Under the pieces are notes generated by a model, which worked only from the letters and a program-made list of their open reading frames with translations, did not search any database and was not told the DNA's origin. The translations under genes and the position numbers were made by a program. Below, in pieces: positions 9,805 to 19,822 of a DNA stretch of 64,000 bases. The DNA is from Myxococcales bacterium. Its GTDB lineage: Bacteria; Myxococcota_A; Polyangia; Polyangiales; DASUME01. Numbering within the stretch: the first letter of the stretch is position 1; every line of letters starts with the position of its first letter. The stretch lies in the NCBI GenBank assembly GCA_047601445.1, contig JASGJH010000001.1, positions 6,240,001-6,304,000 of the forward strand. The letters are read 5' to 3'.

Positions 9805-12800
9805 TCAGGGAATGGTGCGCTCGACGCTGTTCAACACCGCGCTGCCGCTGTGTCCGCCCAGCGTGAATACCCCGCCGTTGATGCGCTGCGAGGTGTAGTA
9901 CGTGCGCGCCGTCTCGAACCCTGTGCTGCTGGACTGGAACCCACCCGTGTACAGCGACTGATCGTTGCCCGGTGGAGTCTCATCGAAGGGCCAGCGACCG
10001 GAGGTGGACGAGCGGGCAGCGATCACGCCGCTCGTGTTCGGGGTACCTGCCACGCTGCGATTTTCGTCCTGCACACCCGGAAAGGGGAACAGGTAGTCGA
10101 AGTACAGCACCGCATCGTGTCCCAGGGTTCCAGACCCATTGTTCAAATGGTTGTCCTGGAGCTCCCAGCCCACGATGTCGCCGTGCGTAGAGCCGTCCAG
10201 GGTCGACACGCCCGTGACTTCGAAGGTGTTGGTGCCGTCGTTGCTCCCCGAGTTGTAGGTGTCGTCGCCCGCAACCGCGATAAGCAACACGATCTGATTG
10301 GGGTCGTAGGACGAGAGGTCCTGGCTGGCGTCCACCGTGCCCGCGAAGAGGACGATGGCGCAGCTGCAGTCGCTGCCGCTGCAGTCCTGGTCGACGCCGT
10401 CGTCGCACAGCTCGGGGGTGGCCTCGCAGCTCTCGGGCAAGCCGCAGGCGATCATCGCGTTGCCGTCGTCGCAGTCGCAACCGCCGCACGACACCGAGAG
10501 CTTGCCGTCGTTGTCGCCGTCGACGCAGCCGCCGCAAGCAGCGTCTCCGCCTTGGCAGTCCTGGTCCACGCCGTCGCCGCACACGTCGACCGCGCCGCAA
10601 TGGATGGTCGGGTTGTTGTCGTCGCAATCGCAGCCGCCGCATTCTGCGGGCTGCGCGCCGTCGCCGTCGACGTCGCGCGGGCAGGTGGGAGGAGCGTCGC
10701 AGCTCGGATCCTGACCGTCGCAATCCTGGTCGATGCCGTCGCCGCAGCGGTCGACCGCGTCCGGGTGGATGGTGACGTCGTTGTCGTTGCAGTCGTCGCC
10801 GCCGCAACGGGCCGGCAGGTAGCCGTCACCGTCGTTCTCCTCGCAGGGCGGTTCCTCGGGTTGCGGCGCGCGCACGTCGTCACGCTGACCGATGTTGGTG
10901 AGCAGCGGGAAGAAGGCACGCTTTTGCTTCATGGCGTGGGTGGTGCCCGCGTTCACGAAGCCCGCTTGGTCGAGGTCGCCCGTGGCGCCGTCGACGGCGA
11001 TACGCAGCACGCCGCTCAGGTACACGTCGGCCTTGTCCACGGTGGTCGCGCTACGTCCGCCGGCCGCATAGATGTACGTGGTGAGGCCCACCACGGTCGG
11101 GGTGCCGGAACGATCCACGCGAGGGAGCGTGGCCGCGACCGCATCGAGGCCTTCACGCGCTTCGGGCATGGCCTGGGGCAGCGTCTGGAAGCGACTCAAG
11201 CTGCCCGGCGTGAGCGCGCGGATGCCATCGGGCGCAGGATTGGCTGCATCGGGCGTCTGCGTGCCGTCGTCGATCCACTGGTTGTCAGTGAGTCCCGTCG
11301 CGATGCGGAAGGTGGCTTCGTTGCCCTGCGGTGCGCCCGCGAAGGCCGTCTTGGTGCGATAAAGCGTATAGGTGGCGCCCACCACGGGATCCCAGCGCAA
11401 CGCCACATGAGAGGTCCCGACGTCATCGATGGACACGAACGCGCGGTAGCCCGCAGCCGTCTCCACGCCATCGATGGTGGCCGTCACACGGTACAGGTAG
11501 TGGCCCACGGCGAGTCCTGCGCCCGCGGCGCCCGTGTCCGCAGCCGTCTTGGCGATGCCGCGCAAGCGCCCAGGCGCGAAGCGGAAGCCGCCCTTGCCGT
11601 CGTCGACGGCGCAGCGCACGCCGCCGTTTTCCATGCTCCCCACGATCTCGGTCATGGCCAACCGCGTGGTGCCCGCGCGGCCGTCGGAGGCCGGCGAACG
11701 ATAGAGGTTGTAGCTCGTGGCACCTTCCACGCCGCTCCAGCACACGCGCACGCTGCCGCTGGTCTGGAGCAGTTGGATCTCGCGGCTCGGCAAGGACTCG
11801 CCCCACGCGCCCAGGGCGCTCACGCGGTAGTACCAGTTGCCGAGCGGAAGCCCGCTGCCACCCAGGGCCTGAGGCGTGAAGATGGCCGGCTGTTCCTTGA
11901 AGTCGAGGATCTTGGCGCGCTCGACGCTGGCCAAGAGCGCCGCGTCGCTCGGGGTTGCCACGTGCGTGTTGGCCGAGGCACCGCCCAGGGCGTACAGATA
12001 GCGACCCACGCGCACCATGCTGTGACCCGCGCGTGCGGTGACGTAGTTGTTGGACACGCGGGGCTGGGCCGCCGAACCCCACTGCTGCAGCACGCTGCCT
12101 GCCGAGTTCAGACCCAGACCACTGACCTCCACGGCCTCGAGGTTGCCGAGCACGTTGCCGCTCGCGTCGATGCCGCCGCCCACGTAGATGTAGCCGCGCG
12201 AGGCCGCGTCGAAGCCCACCGCCGAGGCCAGGCGATAGCGCCCGACCGCGAGGTTCACGCCTGTGTTCGCGAAGCCATCGAGCTTGGCCTCCGAGGAAGC
12301 GCTCACGGAGTAGGCGAAGTACACGTCGAACTGGCCGTCCGGGTTGGTTACGCGCAGCGGATACTGCGAACCGATCGCGAGCCCCAGCGTGCTACCGCTG
12401 ATCGTCACCTTGATCTGCGTGTCGTCCGTACGGCTGGTGACCGGCAGGGGCTTCAACACGCCATTCACGTCGAGCGCTGCCACGGCGGTGGCCGCGAAGT
12501 GCTTGCCCGTGATGGTGACCGCCACGCTCGCCGCCTGGGCGCCGCGGAAGGGATCCACGTTGGTGATCTGTGGCGGCGGATCCGCGACGATGTGGAACGG
12601 ATTGGACCAGGTGCCGCGCAGGCCGTCGGGATTGATCACGATTACGTCGTAGTCACCCAGTGCCATGCCCAGGCTCTCGGAGGGGACCACCACGGTGATC
12701 TGACCTGCCGATACGAACGACACCTGCTCGCCCAAGAAACGCTGCTTGGCATCGCCTCGCTTCACGAACAGCACGCTCGGCGCGTCCTGAAAGCCGCTGC

Positions 12801-13368
12801 CCGTGATCACCACGGTGCGGTCGCTCAGCACGCCATCTCCCACCACGCCCACGTGGGCGCTGTCCGGCGTCACGCTGCTCACCGACGGCGGCGCGAGCGG
12901 GCTCACACCCAGCGTTCCGCACGGAGAGGCCACGCCGCCGCTCGTAAGATCCACAGCGTACAGGCCGGCGGGCAGTGCAGACGCGTGGAGCGTAAACACG
13001 GCCGCAGCGTCGCCCTGGACTTCGTCGGCCGGAAGGCTCAGGTCAGCCGACGCGCTGTCGAGGGCGCGCAGCACCAGGCTGGCATCGGCGCCAATCAAGC
13101 GGCCGTTCACTTGCAGGCTATTGTCGACCAGGGTCGAGACGGCGATCGCATCCATGCCGAGGCAGGCGAACCCGAGCGTGTTGCCACCGTCGCCGCCATC
13201 GGCGTCGCCGTCACCATCACCCGTCGTGCCGCCGTCCCCGTCACCGGGACCGACCGACCCGTCGGGCATGGCCGCGTCCGAATCGTCGTCGACGCGACCT
13301 CCACTCTTGTCCGACCCGCCACACGCGATGCCCACGCATAGCAGCAACGTCCATAGCCGTTTGCGCAC
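9805..13368 (-). CDS. Large lipoprotein with IPT/TIG domains, Kelch-like blades, two beta-sandwich inserts and three MopE-like Cys/Asp repeats
   Basis: VGIAC lipobox with GGAG RBS; PSVSSVTP...ITGSGF and ITNVDP...ITGKHF (IPT); IYVGGG, LYALGG, IYAAGG, VFTLGG (Kelch); three DxDG...DCxD...CxDGxDQDC repeats. Confidence 0.8.
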   Translation of the reverse strand: MRKRLWTLLLCVGIACGGSDKSGGRVDDDSDAAMPDGSVGPGDGDGGTTGDGDGDADGGDGGNTLGFACLGMDAIAVSTLVDNSLQVNGRLIGADASLVLRALDSASADLSLPADEVQGDAAAVFTLHASALPAGLYAVDLTSGGVASPCGTLGVSPLAPPSVSSVTPDSAHVGVVGDGVLSDRTVVITGSGFQDAPSVLFVKRGDAKQRFLGEQVSFVSAGQITVVVPSESLGMALGDYDVIVINPDGLRGTWSNPFHIVADPPPQITNVDPFRGAQAASVAVTITGKHFAATAVAALDVNGVLKPLPVTSRTDDTQIKVTISGSTLGLAIGSQYPLRVTNPDGQFDVYFAYSVSASSEAKLDGFANTGVNLAVGRYRLASAVGFDAASRGYIYVGGGIDASGNVLGNLEAVEVSGLGLNSAGSVLQQWGSAAQPRVSNNYVTARAGHSMVRVGRYLYALGGASANTHVATPSDAALLASVERAKILDFKEQPAIFTPQALGGSGLPLGNWYYRVSALGAWGESLPSREIQLLQTSGSVRVCWSGVEGATSYNLYRSPASDGRAGTTRLAMTEIVGSMENGGVRCAVDDGKGGFRFAPGRLRGIAKTAADTGAAGAGLAVGHYLYRVTATIDGVETAAGYRAFVSIDDVGTSHVALRWDPVVGATYTLYRTKTAFAGAPQGNEATFRIATGLTDNQWIDDGTQTPDAANPAPDGIRALTPGSLSRFQTLPQAMPEAREGLDAVAATLPRVDRSGTPTVVGLTTYIYAAGGRSATTVDKADVYLSGVLRIAVDGATGDLDQAGFVNAGTTHAMKQKRAFFPLLTNIGQRDDVRAPQPEEPPCEENDGDGYLPARCGGDDCNDNDVTIHPDAVDRCGDGIDQDCDGQDPSCDAPPTCPRDVDGDGAQPAECGGCDCDDNNPTIHCGAVDVCGDGVDQDCQGGDAACGGCVDGDNDGKLSVSCGGCDCDDGNAMIACGLPESCEATPELCDDGVDQDCSGSDCSCAIVLFAGTVDASQDLSSYDPNQIVLLIAVAGDDTYNSGSNDGTNTFEVTGVSTLDGSTHGDIVGWELQDNHLNNGSGTLGHDAVLYFDYLFPFPGVQDENRSVAGTPNTSGVIAARSSTSGRWPFDETPPGNDQSLYTGGFQSSSTGFETARTYYTSQRINGGVFTLGGHSGSAVLNSVERTIP

Positions 13369-13485
13369 GCCCCACACTCCTTGCTCGAACCTGGTAGCGT
13401 TTTGAGGAGAGAGCGGGCCAGGAGGTTGAATAGGTTCAATTCTGGTGACGACGTTTTGTGGGTGTACGTGGCCGCGAGGCTTCGC

Positions 13486-14958
13486 TCAGTGCGCGATCTC
13501 GAATACACCACGCAGGTCTTCCGTGGCCGAGATGTAGGTGCGATTGCCCTTCATTTCTCGCCAGGATTTGACCCGGAACTGATAGACCATGCCGGGCTGA
13601 TAGCTCGAAGCGTCCAGTTCGAAGCTCACCGTGCTGGTCCCCGTGACACGGGCCACGTCGGTCTTCTCGAACACCTGGTTGCCCAGGGCGTCGTACACAC
13701 GCAGCTCGTAGCCGTCTTCGCTCGAGTCGTCGGCCCAACGCAGGTTGATCTTGCCGGCGGGAACGCTCTCCACCTTGTCGGCACCGGGGCCGACGACGGC
13801 GAGCGCTCCGGTGACCTTGAACCCCTGATCGACGTTCACATCCGTGCTGCCCACGTCGACGAACGCGATGTCCGTGCCCGCAATCGCCTCATCCGGATCG
13901 CGTACCAGGGAGTCATTCTCGAAGGCCGCGAGCACGGCGTAGCGACCCGGCGGCACGCCCTTGATCTCGAAGGCCGACGAGACGTTCCCTGCGCGCAGGC
14001 CCGCCGGCGCTTCCCCTCGTGCTGCGTCCGCGTCGAACGTGGAAGCCACCACCAGGATCACGCTGGTGGTTCCACCGCCCGCAGCGTCCACGATATTGAT
14101 GTTGCCGCGCACCGTGGCGAGCGTGCCCGTGGTGCCCTGGAGTTCCACGTCGGTCAGACCCGTTGCGGGCACCGTCACGGCCTTGGGCATCACGCGGATG
14201 TTCGCTCGATAACCTTCCAGGGAGCTCGCGCCCACGGGGACGTTGAAGAGCGTGAATGCGCCGTCGAGGTCGGTGATGGCACTCGATCTCACTTGATCGC
14301 CTGCCTGGGCCAGCACCAGGACCGCGCCTGGGTCCTCGGCCACCACATGGCCCGTGACGGTGGTCCCGCCGCGCTGCGCCTCGGAGAGCGGAATCAAGGC
14401 CACTTCGGTAGCGGCGTTGCTGACCACCCAGCGCACCTGATCGGAGATGCCCGCGTTCGTCGATGGGCTTCCAGCGTCTCCGACGGGCTCTGCCTGTGCG
14501 GTCTCGATCTCGATCGCCAGGGCGAGCCGAGGCGGTGTCGGGAAGGCCTGATGGTCCGCGGCCGCCACGCGTAGCGTGATGTGGTCCGTGGTCGGGGAGC
14601 CGTCTGGATTGCGCTTCACCGATACTGGAAGCTCGTAGGCGCCGTCCACACTGCTCACGGACACACGCGTGCGGGCTGCACCATTGGCGTCGAGGCCCAC
14701 CACCGTTGCGCCCACGATGCCGGCCTGGTTCAAGGCCTCGATCACATGCCCGCGCACGACCACGGGCGGCAAGCACAGGTGTTGTTCGCCGACTTCTTCA
14801 CACAGCAGGCCTTGCTCGCAAGCATCCGCCATGGCGGGGTCGCACATGACCGGACCGGCTTCTTCGGCCGCCGGCTTGTCGGACTCTTTCCCACAACCAC
14901 TTCCCAGAGCCAACCAGGAGCCAGCCAAGCACGGAACGAGCAATCTTCGGTATGTCAT
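13486..14958 (-). CDS. Lipoprotein with carboxypeptidase-regulatory-like/Ig folds and a C-terminal FN3-like domain
   Basis: LGSGC lipobox; VRGHVI...GATV...DGAYEL, TDLDGAFTLFNVPVG, LRW...GYEL...YQFRVKS. Confidence 0.75.
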   Translation of the reverse strand: MTYRRLLVPCLAGSWLALGSGCGKESDKPAAEEAGPVMCDPAMADACEQGLLCEEVGEQHLCLPPVVVRGHVIEALNQAGIVGATVVGLDANGAARTRVSVSSVDGAYELPVSVKRNPDGSPTTDHITLRVAAADHQAFPTPPRLALAIEIETAQAEPVGDAGSPSTNAGISDQVRWVVSNAATEVALIPLSEAQRGGTTVTGHVVAEDPGAVLVLAQAGDQVRSSAITDLDGAFTLFNVPVGASSLEGYRANIRVMPKAVTVPATGLTDVELQGTTGTLATVRGNINIVDAAGGGTTSVILVVASTFDADAARGEAPAGLRAGNVSSAFEIKGVPPGRYAVLAAFENDSLVRDPDEAIAGTDIAFVDVGSTDVNVDQGFKVTGALAVVGPGADKVESVPAGKINLRWADDSSEDGYELRVYDALGNQVFEKTDVARVTGTSTVSFELDASSYQPGMVYQFRVKSWREMKGNRTYISATEDLRGVFEIAH

Positions 14959-15046
14959 CCGCCCTTAGTGGAGAGATCGGCGGGCGCAGTTGAAGCGATT
15001 GGTCTTGTCGATGCGGAGCGCTCGCGTCTCGACCTCATCAATGTGC

Positions 15047-16105
15047 TCATTGAAGTGTGATGGTCTGGCCAGCGAACGATACGGTGACGGGCCCCTTCGC
15101 GTACTGAGGCGGCAGGTGCAGGGCTCCCACGTGCTGGAAGCTCTCGAGCAGACCCTTCACGGCGCTCTTGAGGCGGCCATAGCCGCGCGCGTAAACATAG
15201 ATGCCGCGGTCGCCCGCGAGTCGCTTGAGCTCGGGCACATCGGCAAACAGGGCTCCCAGCATGATCACGAAGACCTTGCTGTCCGTGATTTCGCTGAGCA
15301 ACTCGGGCTCCATCACCATGGTGGACGCGTTCTCCTGGCCGTCGGTGCTCACCAGCAAGACTTGTATCGGGGGCGTGCGCGGACGCAGGGTGTCGAGGGC
15401 GGCGCCCATGCCGTCGTAGAGTGCAGTGGACTGGCGATTGTAGGTAGGATCCTTGGCGACCGCGGACAGCAGCGCGTTCTCGTCGACCGTGAAGTCCTGC
15501 TTGAGCGAGACCATCTCCGAGAACTGATAGACCTCGCTCTCGTAGATGGGCGGTAAGTAAGTGAAGAGGTCGTGCTCGATCTCGGCCACATCGTCGAGGT
15601 CTGCGTCCCGCATGGAGGCGGAGTAATCGTTCACCACCGCCAGTGAGAGCAGATTGCCCGTCTGCGGGAGCTCGAAGCTGAATTCGCCTTCGACCAGGAT
15701 CTTGGCCGACCCCTCCACCATCACGCTCACCGTGAGCTCGCTCGCGCTGCTCGGATAGATGGCGTTGCCCTGGGCGTCTGCGGCGACGAAGTAGACCGTG
15801 CGAGCGCCGGTGGTGGGTTCCAGGGAGTCGTCGAGCACCGCGATGCGTGATTCGAAGCTCGACTGCGGATCGGGCAAGAACGACTCGACCTTGTTGCGGC
15901 AGTCGTCGCTGAGTCCATCGGCCTTGAGCAGGTCCTGCAAGGTTTCATCGCCGCAGATCTTGATGTTGGTCAGGTCGTCGACATCCGGGAGTTTGTCGAT
16001 GGCGTCGTCGACATCGCCCTTGGCGTCGAGGCTGAGATTGCAGCCCGCGCCCAGCATCGCGAGGCAGGATACGAAACCGAAGGAACGCTTGAGACGAACG
16101 AGCAT
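15047..16105 (-). CDS. von Willebrand factor A domain lipoprotein
   Basis: LGAGC lipobox; MIDAS DYSAS, TALYDG and STDGQEN; start set at ATG 16105. Confidence 0.85.
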   Translation of the reverse strand: MLVRLKRSFGFVSCLAMLGAGCNLSLDAKGDVDDAIDKLPDVDDLTNIKICGDETLQDLLKADGLSDDCRNKVESFLPDPQSSFESRIAVLDDSLEPTTGARTVYFVAADAQGNAIYPSSASELTVSVMVEGSAKILVEGEFSFELPQTGNLLSLAVVNDYSASMRDADLDDVAEIEHDLFTYLPPIYESEVYQFSEMVSLKQDFTVDENALLSAVAKDPTYNRQSTALYDGMGAALDTLRPRTPPIQVLLVSTDGQENASTMVMEPELLSEITDSKVFVIMLGALFADVPELKRLAGDRGIYVYARGYGRLKSAVKGLLESFQHVGALHLPPQYAKGPVTVSFAGQTITLQ

Positions 16106-16501
16106 GAAACCCCCAACGCAGCGCGTGGTCCGCCGCATTCCTGCGACGGATTCCCCCTCACGCGCTTCGACCGTAAGAGTGTCTCCTGGTCGGACCCGCG
16201 GACGCCAGGGCGAGCACGCAGCCGCGCTTTTGACGTGTGCGCGGGTGTACGGCGACGGCCGCTGGAGGCTCCGAACTCCCAACCACAGCCCACTGATTTA
16301 GGGCTCCAAGGACGATTCCTTCAACGAATGGGATGGGCGTCGCCACCGTGTGCAGTTGAAAAGCCGGCGCATGGACATCCGGTCCAATCGCGGCGGTCGG
16401 GGGGGATGGGTCGAGAGCCATGGGAGGTCGTTCCGGGGTGGGCGCGCGTTTTGCGCCCTCCTGTGGCTCTCGGCGTGCGGGACGGAACTTACGGATACGC
16501 C

Positions 16502-18243
16502 CTAGGGGCCAGAGAGCTCGCGCTCCCACAGCTCGTTCGCCAGGTGCTCGAGGCCCCTGCCCAAGTGCCTCCGATAGGTGGAGAACGGCAGTCCCAAACG
16601 CTCTGCGGCACGCTCTTGGGTGGGGGCTGGACGCAGATAGGTGGCCTCCAGGGCGGCGGCGTAGCGCGCATGCCGGCTGGACTGCTTGAGGTTCTCCACG
16701 ATCTCGGTTACCAGCGAGCGAAACCTCGCCTCGGGATCGCGCGGAGCGGCGGCAGAACACACGAGGCGCGAGCGCAGCAGTGGACTCTGGGCGAGCATCG
16801 AGAGCTGCCCCCAGCGCTGCAGCGCCACACGAAGCGCATCGACGAAGACTTCGCGCGTCATGACCGTGTGGTGGGCGGGCGCTCCGGACTCCGGCTCGCG
16901 CAGCGCATCGACTTCGTCTTGCGCGAGGCGATCGAACCACCGGCTGGTAGAGGTGAGACGCCAATCGTGGGCACACAACACGAAGGAGTGGGTTCCGAGA
17001 TCGATCTCGGGGCCGGGCTCGTGCCCGAGCTGGTTCATCAGGGGCAACCAGAGCTCTCGCTGCAAGATGGGCATGAACGTCCAAGCCAAGCGCGGTGTAC
17101 TCAAAAAGAACAGGATGATCTGCAAGGAGCCCACGACGAAGCCTGGCGTGGGTTCACCGAAGGTCGCGTAGGCGAGCCAGTTGACGAGGGCCACGCTTTC
17201 GTCGTCCCGGATCGGCGCTATCCGCTGAGCGTGCTTCACGGCAGCCTGCATGCGCGGGTCGTGCGCCAGCTCGTCGTGATCCCGCAGTGTCACGCGCGGA
17301 TTCATCACGTAGCCGACGGCGCGTTCCGGACTCGCTCGCACCACCGTAAAAGCACTGGGCTGCAGTTCGAGCCAGCGGCCGACCGCGCGTGCGCACTCCT
17401 CTCCTTCGAAGCGCCGGGTGGCGTCGACGATGTCCTGATGATCGCTCGCTCGCAGCGCACTCGGATAGAAGGCGTGAGAACCCTCCCAATCGGCCCACGG
17501 TCTCACGACGGGACCGAAGCGATGCAGCCAGACGAGATCACGCGCGATCCGCGGGCGGTCTTCCGCGCGCGCAACGCGTAGCTCGCCGAGCAGAGCCTCG
17601 CGCAGTGTCACGTGCAGCTGGCGATAGCGACTGCGATCACGCGTGCGTAGCTCGGTGTCGAGTGCCACCGCCGCGAGCTCGTGCAGGGCCAGCCCCTCGT
17701 CCAGGCAGGATCATGCCGCCACTCTGCGGCCGGTGGACGACGGCTCGCGATGGCCACCAGGCAGCGCTCCGGAAGGGCCGGTAGCAGCTGTTCGCGTAGC
17801 CAGGTCTCGATTCCAGCCAGCGCTTCGCCGGTGTCGAGCAGCAATGCGCGGTGTGCCGCCCGACCCAGGAAATCGAGCGGCTCGTCAGCCGCGCTTGGGG
17901 GCGGCTGCGACGGGGAGGAAGCGCCGGCGTCCGAGAGGGCTCGCGCAAGAGCCTGCAGGAACGAGTCCGGTGAGCCGCCCGCCTCCCGCGCGTCGAGCCA
18001 AACAGGCTCCACGCCATGCTCCCGTGCGAGCTGCTCAAAGCGCCGCAGAAGGGATGTCTTGCCGACGCCACCTGGGCCATGAATCCACACGACATGAGGT
18101 CGGTCCGGGTTTGCCAGAGCCTCGCACCAGACGGCCTGCTCCCGAGAACGTCCAACGAAGCGGCGGTCGCGCTCGCGATTCAAATGCGCTTCCCAGCGCC
18201 CCCGGGGGGCGACGGGGGAGGACTCGCTTTTCGACTTCGCCAT
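16502..18243 (-). pseudogene. AAA/STAND-like ATPase regulator with a C-terminal HTH, broken by an out-of-frame internal deletion near 17700
   Basis: N-part FVGR, GPGGVGKT, LLLDT...WRHDPAW; C-part in another frame DEGLALHELAAVALDTELR...TQERAAERLGLPFSTYRRHL. Confidence 0.75.
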
Positions 18244-18373
18244 GGCGGCGGGAACCATACAGGCGGGCGTCCCTGGGGCCAAGGGGTGAAGGTCATCGAG
18301 TGAGCAGTCGGTGAGCAATCAATGAGCAGCACTTGGCCTTCCGTATGGACAACGTCTTCGCCTAGGGAGTCGC

Positions 18374-19822
18374 ATGACCATTCGCGAACGCGTGAAAGAG
18401 CTGCTGGATCCCGATCGCTTGCTGCTGCGCACGATGGATACGCTCATCGAAGTCAACGGCATCCGCCATGCCCTGGAGCTCGGCCGTGAGAGCTGGCGGC
18501 CTGGCAAACCGCTCAAGCTGCTCTTGGCTGGCTACACGGGCAGTCGCAATACGGGATCGGACATTCGCCCCGAGGAGATGATCCGGCAGTTTCGGACCAT
18601 CTGGGGTGACGACCAACTGGAGCTCAGCATTCTCACCATGGATAGGAAGCTGACCGCCGGCTACTTTCGGACGGCACGCCAGATCGAACTCCCGCTGGTG
18701 TATCCAGGCTTTCTGGCGCGGGAAGTTCCCAAGCATCACGGGGTGATCGGGGTCGAGGGCTCCATGTTCAAGAGCAAGTTCTCGAATGCGGTCACCACGA
18801 TGATGGCCAGCGCGATGGGCCTGGCGGCTGCGGAGCGCAAGCTGAGTGTCGGCTACGGCGCCGAGGCGGGTAGCATGGACGAGCCGCTACGGGATTTCGT
18901 GAGCGCGCAGTGCCGCAACTCCCTGGTGATCTGTCGCAACGAGCCCTCGCGAAGGGTGCTGTCCGAGCTTGGCGTTCGCACGCTGACTGGCACCGATACG
19001 GCGTGGACCTTCCGGCCTGCCCCCGCCGCACGTGGGGCGCAGCTGCTGCGCGCCGCGGGGTGGGATGGCCGCCAGAAAGTGCTCGCCGTGGGGCCGATCA
19101 ATCCTTTCTGGTGGCCGGTGAAGCCCGACCTGGTCAAGGCGTTCGAGAAGACCATCGAAGGTCGTGCGCGCGACGACCACTATCGCTCCATCTACTTTCA
19201 CGAATGGGGGGCCGAAGCCCGCCGCAAGTATCAGCGCTACATCGATGGGTTCACGAGCTTTCTCGAACGTTGGCTTGCTCGCAGCGACGTGTTTCCAATC
19301 CTGTTCGGCATGGAGCAGCTCGATCGCAAGGCTTGCGAGGATATTGCGCGCCAGCTGTCGCGACCCGTTCCGCTTTTCGTCAGCGATGAACACAACATGT
19401 ACGATCTCGTGAGCGTGCTCCATCACTGCGCGTTGCTCGTGAGTTCGCGTTTCCACGCGCTCGTGACCTCGATGCTCGCCGCGGTTCCTTCCGCCGGCGT
19501 CACCATGGACGAGCGCATCACGAACCTGATGTCGGACCGTGGCCATGCGGATCTCATGTTGGGCGTCGAAGACGACCAGCTCGGCGACAGGCTGCACGAG
19601 ACGATGGTTCGGCTGGAGGCACGTACTGCGGAAGTCGCCAAGGACATCGAGCGCTTCGTGCCTACTCACTTGAAGATGCTCGGCCAGATGGGCATCGACT
19701 TGGAGGACGAGGTGGCGCGCGTGTACCCGGAATTCCCGCGCGTGGCGCGCGTTAGAAGCTGGGAGCAGTACCTCCCCACGCCGGCTCCTTCCGTGCAGAA
19801 GATGCTCGAGAACCACGCATGA
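18374..19822 (+). CDS. Polysaccharide pyruvyl transferase family protein
   Basis: GYTGSRNTGSD, CRNEPS, DTAW and SSRFHALV; GGAG RBS. Confidence 0.8.
   Translation: MTIRERVKELLDPDRLLLRTMDTLIEVNGIRHALELGRESWRPGKPLKLLLAGYTGSRNTGSDIRPEEMIRQFRTIWGDDQLELSILTMDRKLTAGYFRTARQIELPLVYPGFLAREVPKHHGVIGVEGSMFKSKFSNAVTTMMASAMGLAAAERKLSVGYGAEAGSMDEPLRDFVSAQCRNSLVICRNEPSRRVLSELGVRTLTGTDTAWTFRPAPAARGAQLLRAAGWDGRQKVLAVGPINPFWWPVKPDLVKAFEKTIEGRARDDHYRSIYFHEWGAEARRKYQRYIDGFTSFLERWLARSDVFPILFGMEQLDRKACEDIARQLSRPVPLFVSDEHNMYDLVSVLHHCALLVSSRFHALVTSMLAAVPSAGVTMDERITNLMSDRGHADLMLGVEDDQLGDRLHETMVRLEARTAEVAKDIERFVPTHLKMLGQMGIDLEDEVARVYPEFPRVARVRSWEQYLPTPAPSVQKMLENHA

Noticed and set aside
9361..13341. Very long + strand ORF (1326 aa) and similar antisense ORFs (e.g. 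2259-4091, 29427-31739, 50482-52527, 62653-63894)
   Set aside because: Shadow frames of real genes in GC-rich DNA; the opposite strand carries the recognisable motifs
8286..16471. Identical 14-mer CTCCTGTGGCTCTC in two intergenic regions (8286 and 16458)
   Set aside because: Only two copies, not palindromic, and plausible by chance in GC-rich sequence
16419..16505. Short + strand frame resembling a lipoprotein signal (RAFCALLWLSACGTEL)
   Set aside because: No in-frame start nearby and it stops after a few codons; cannot be distinguished from chance
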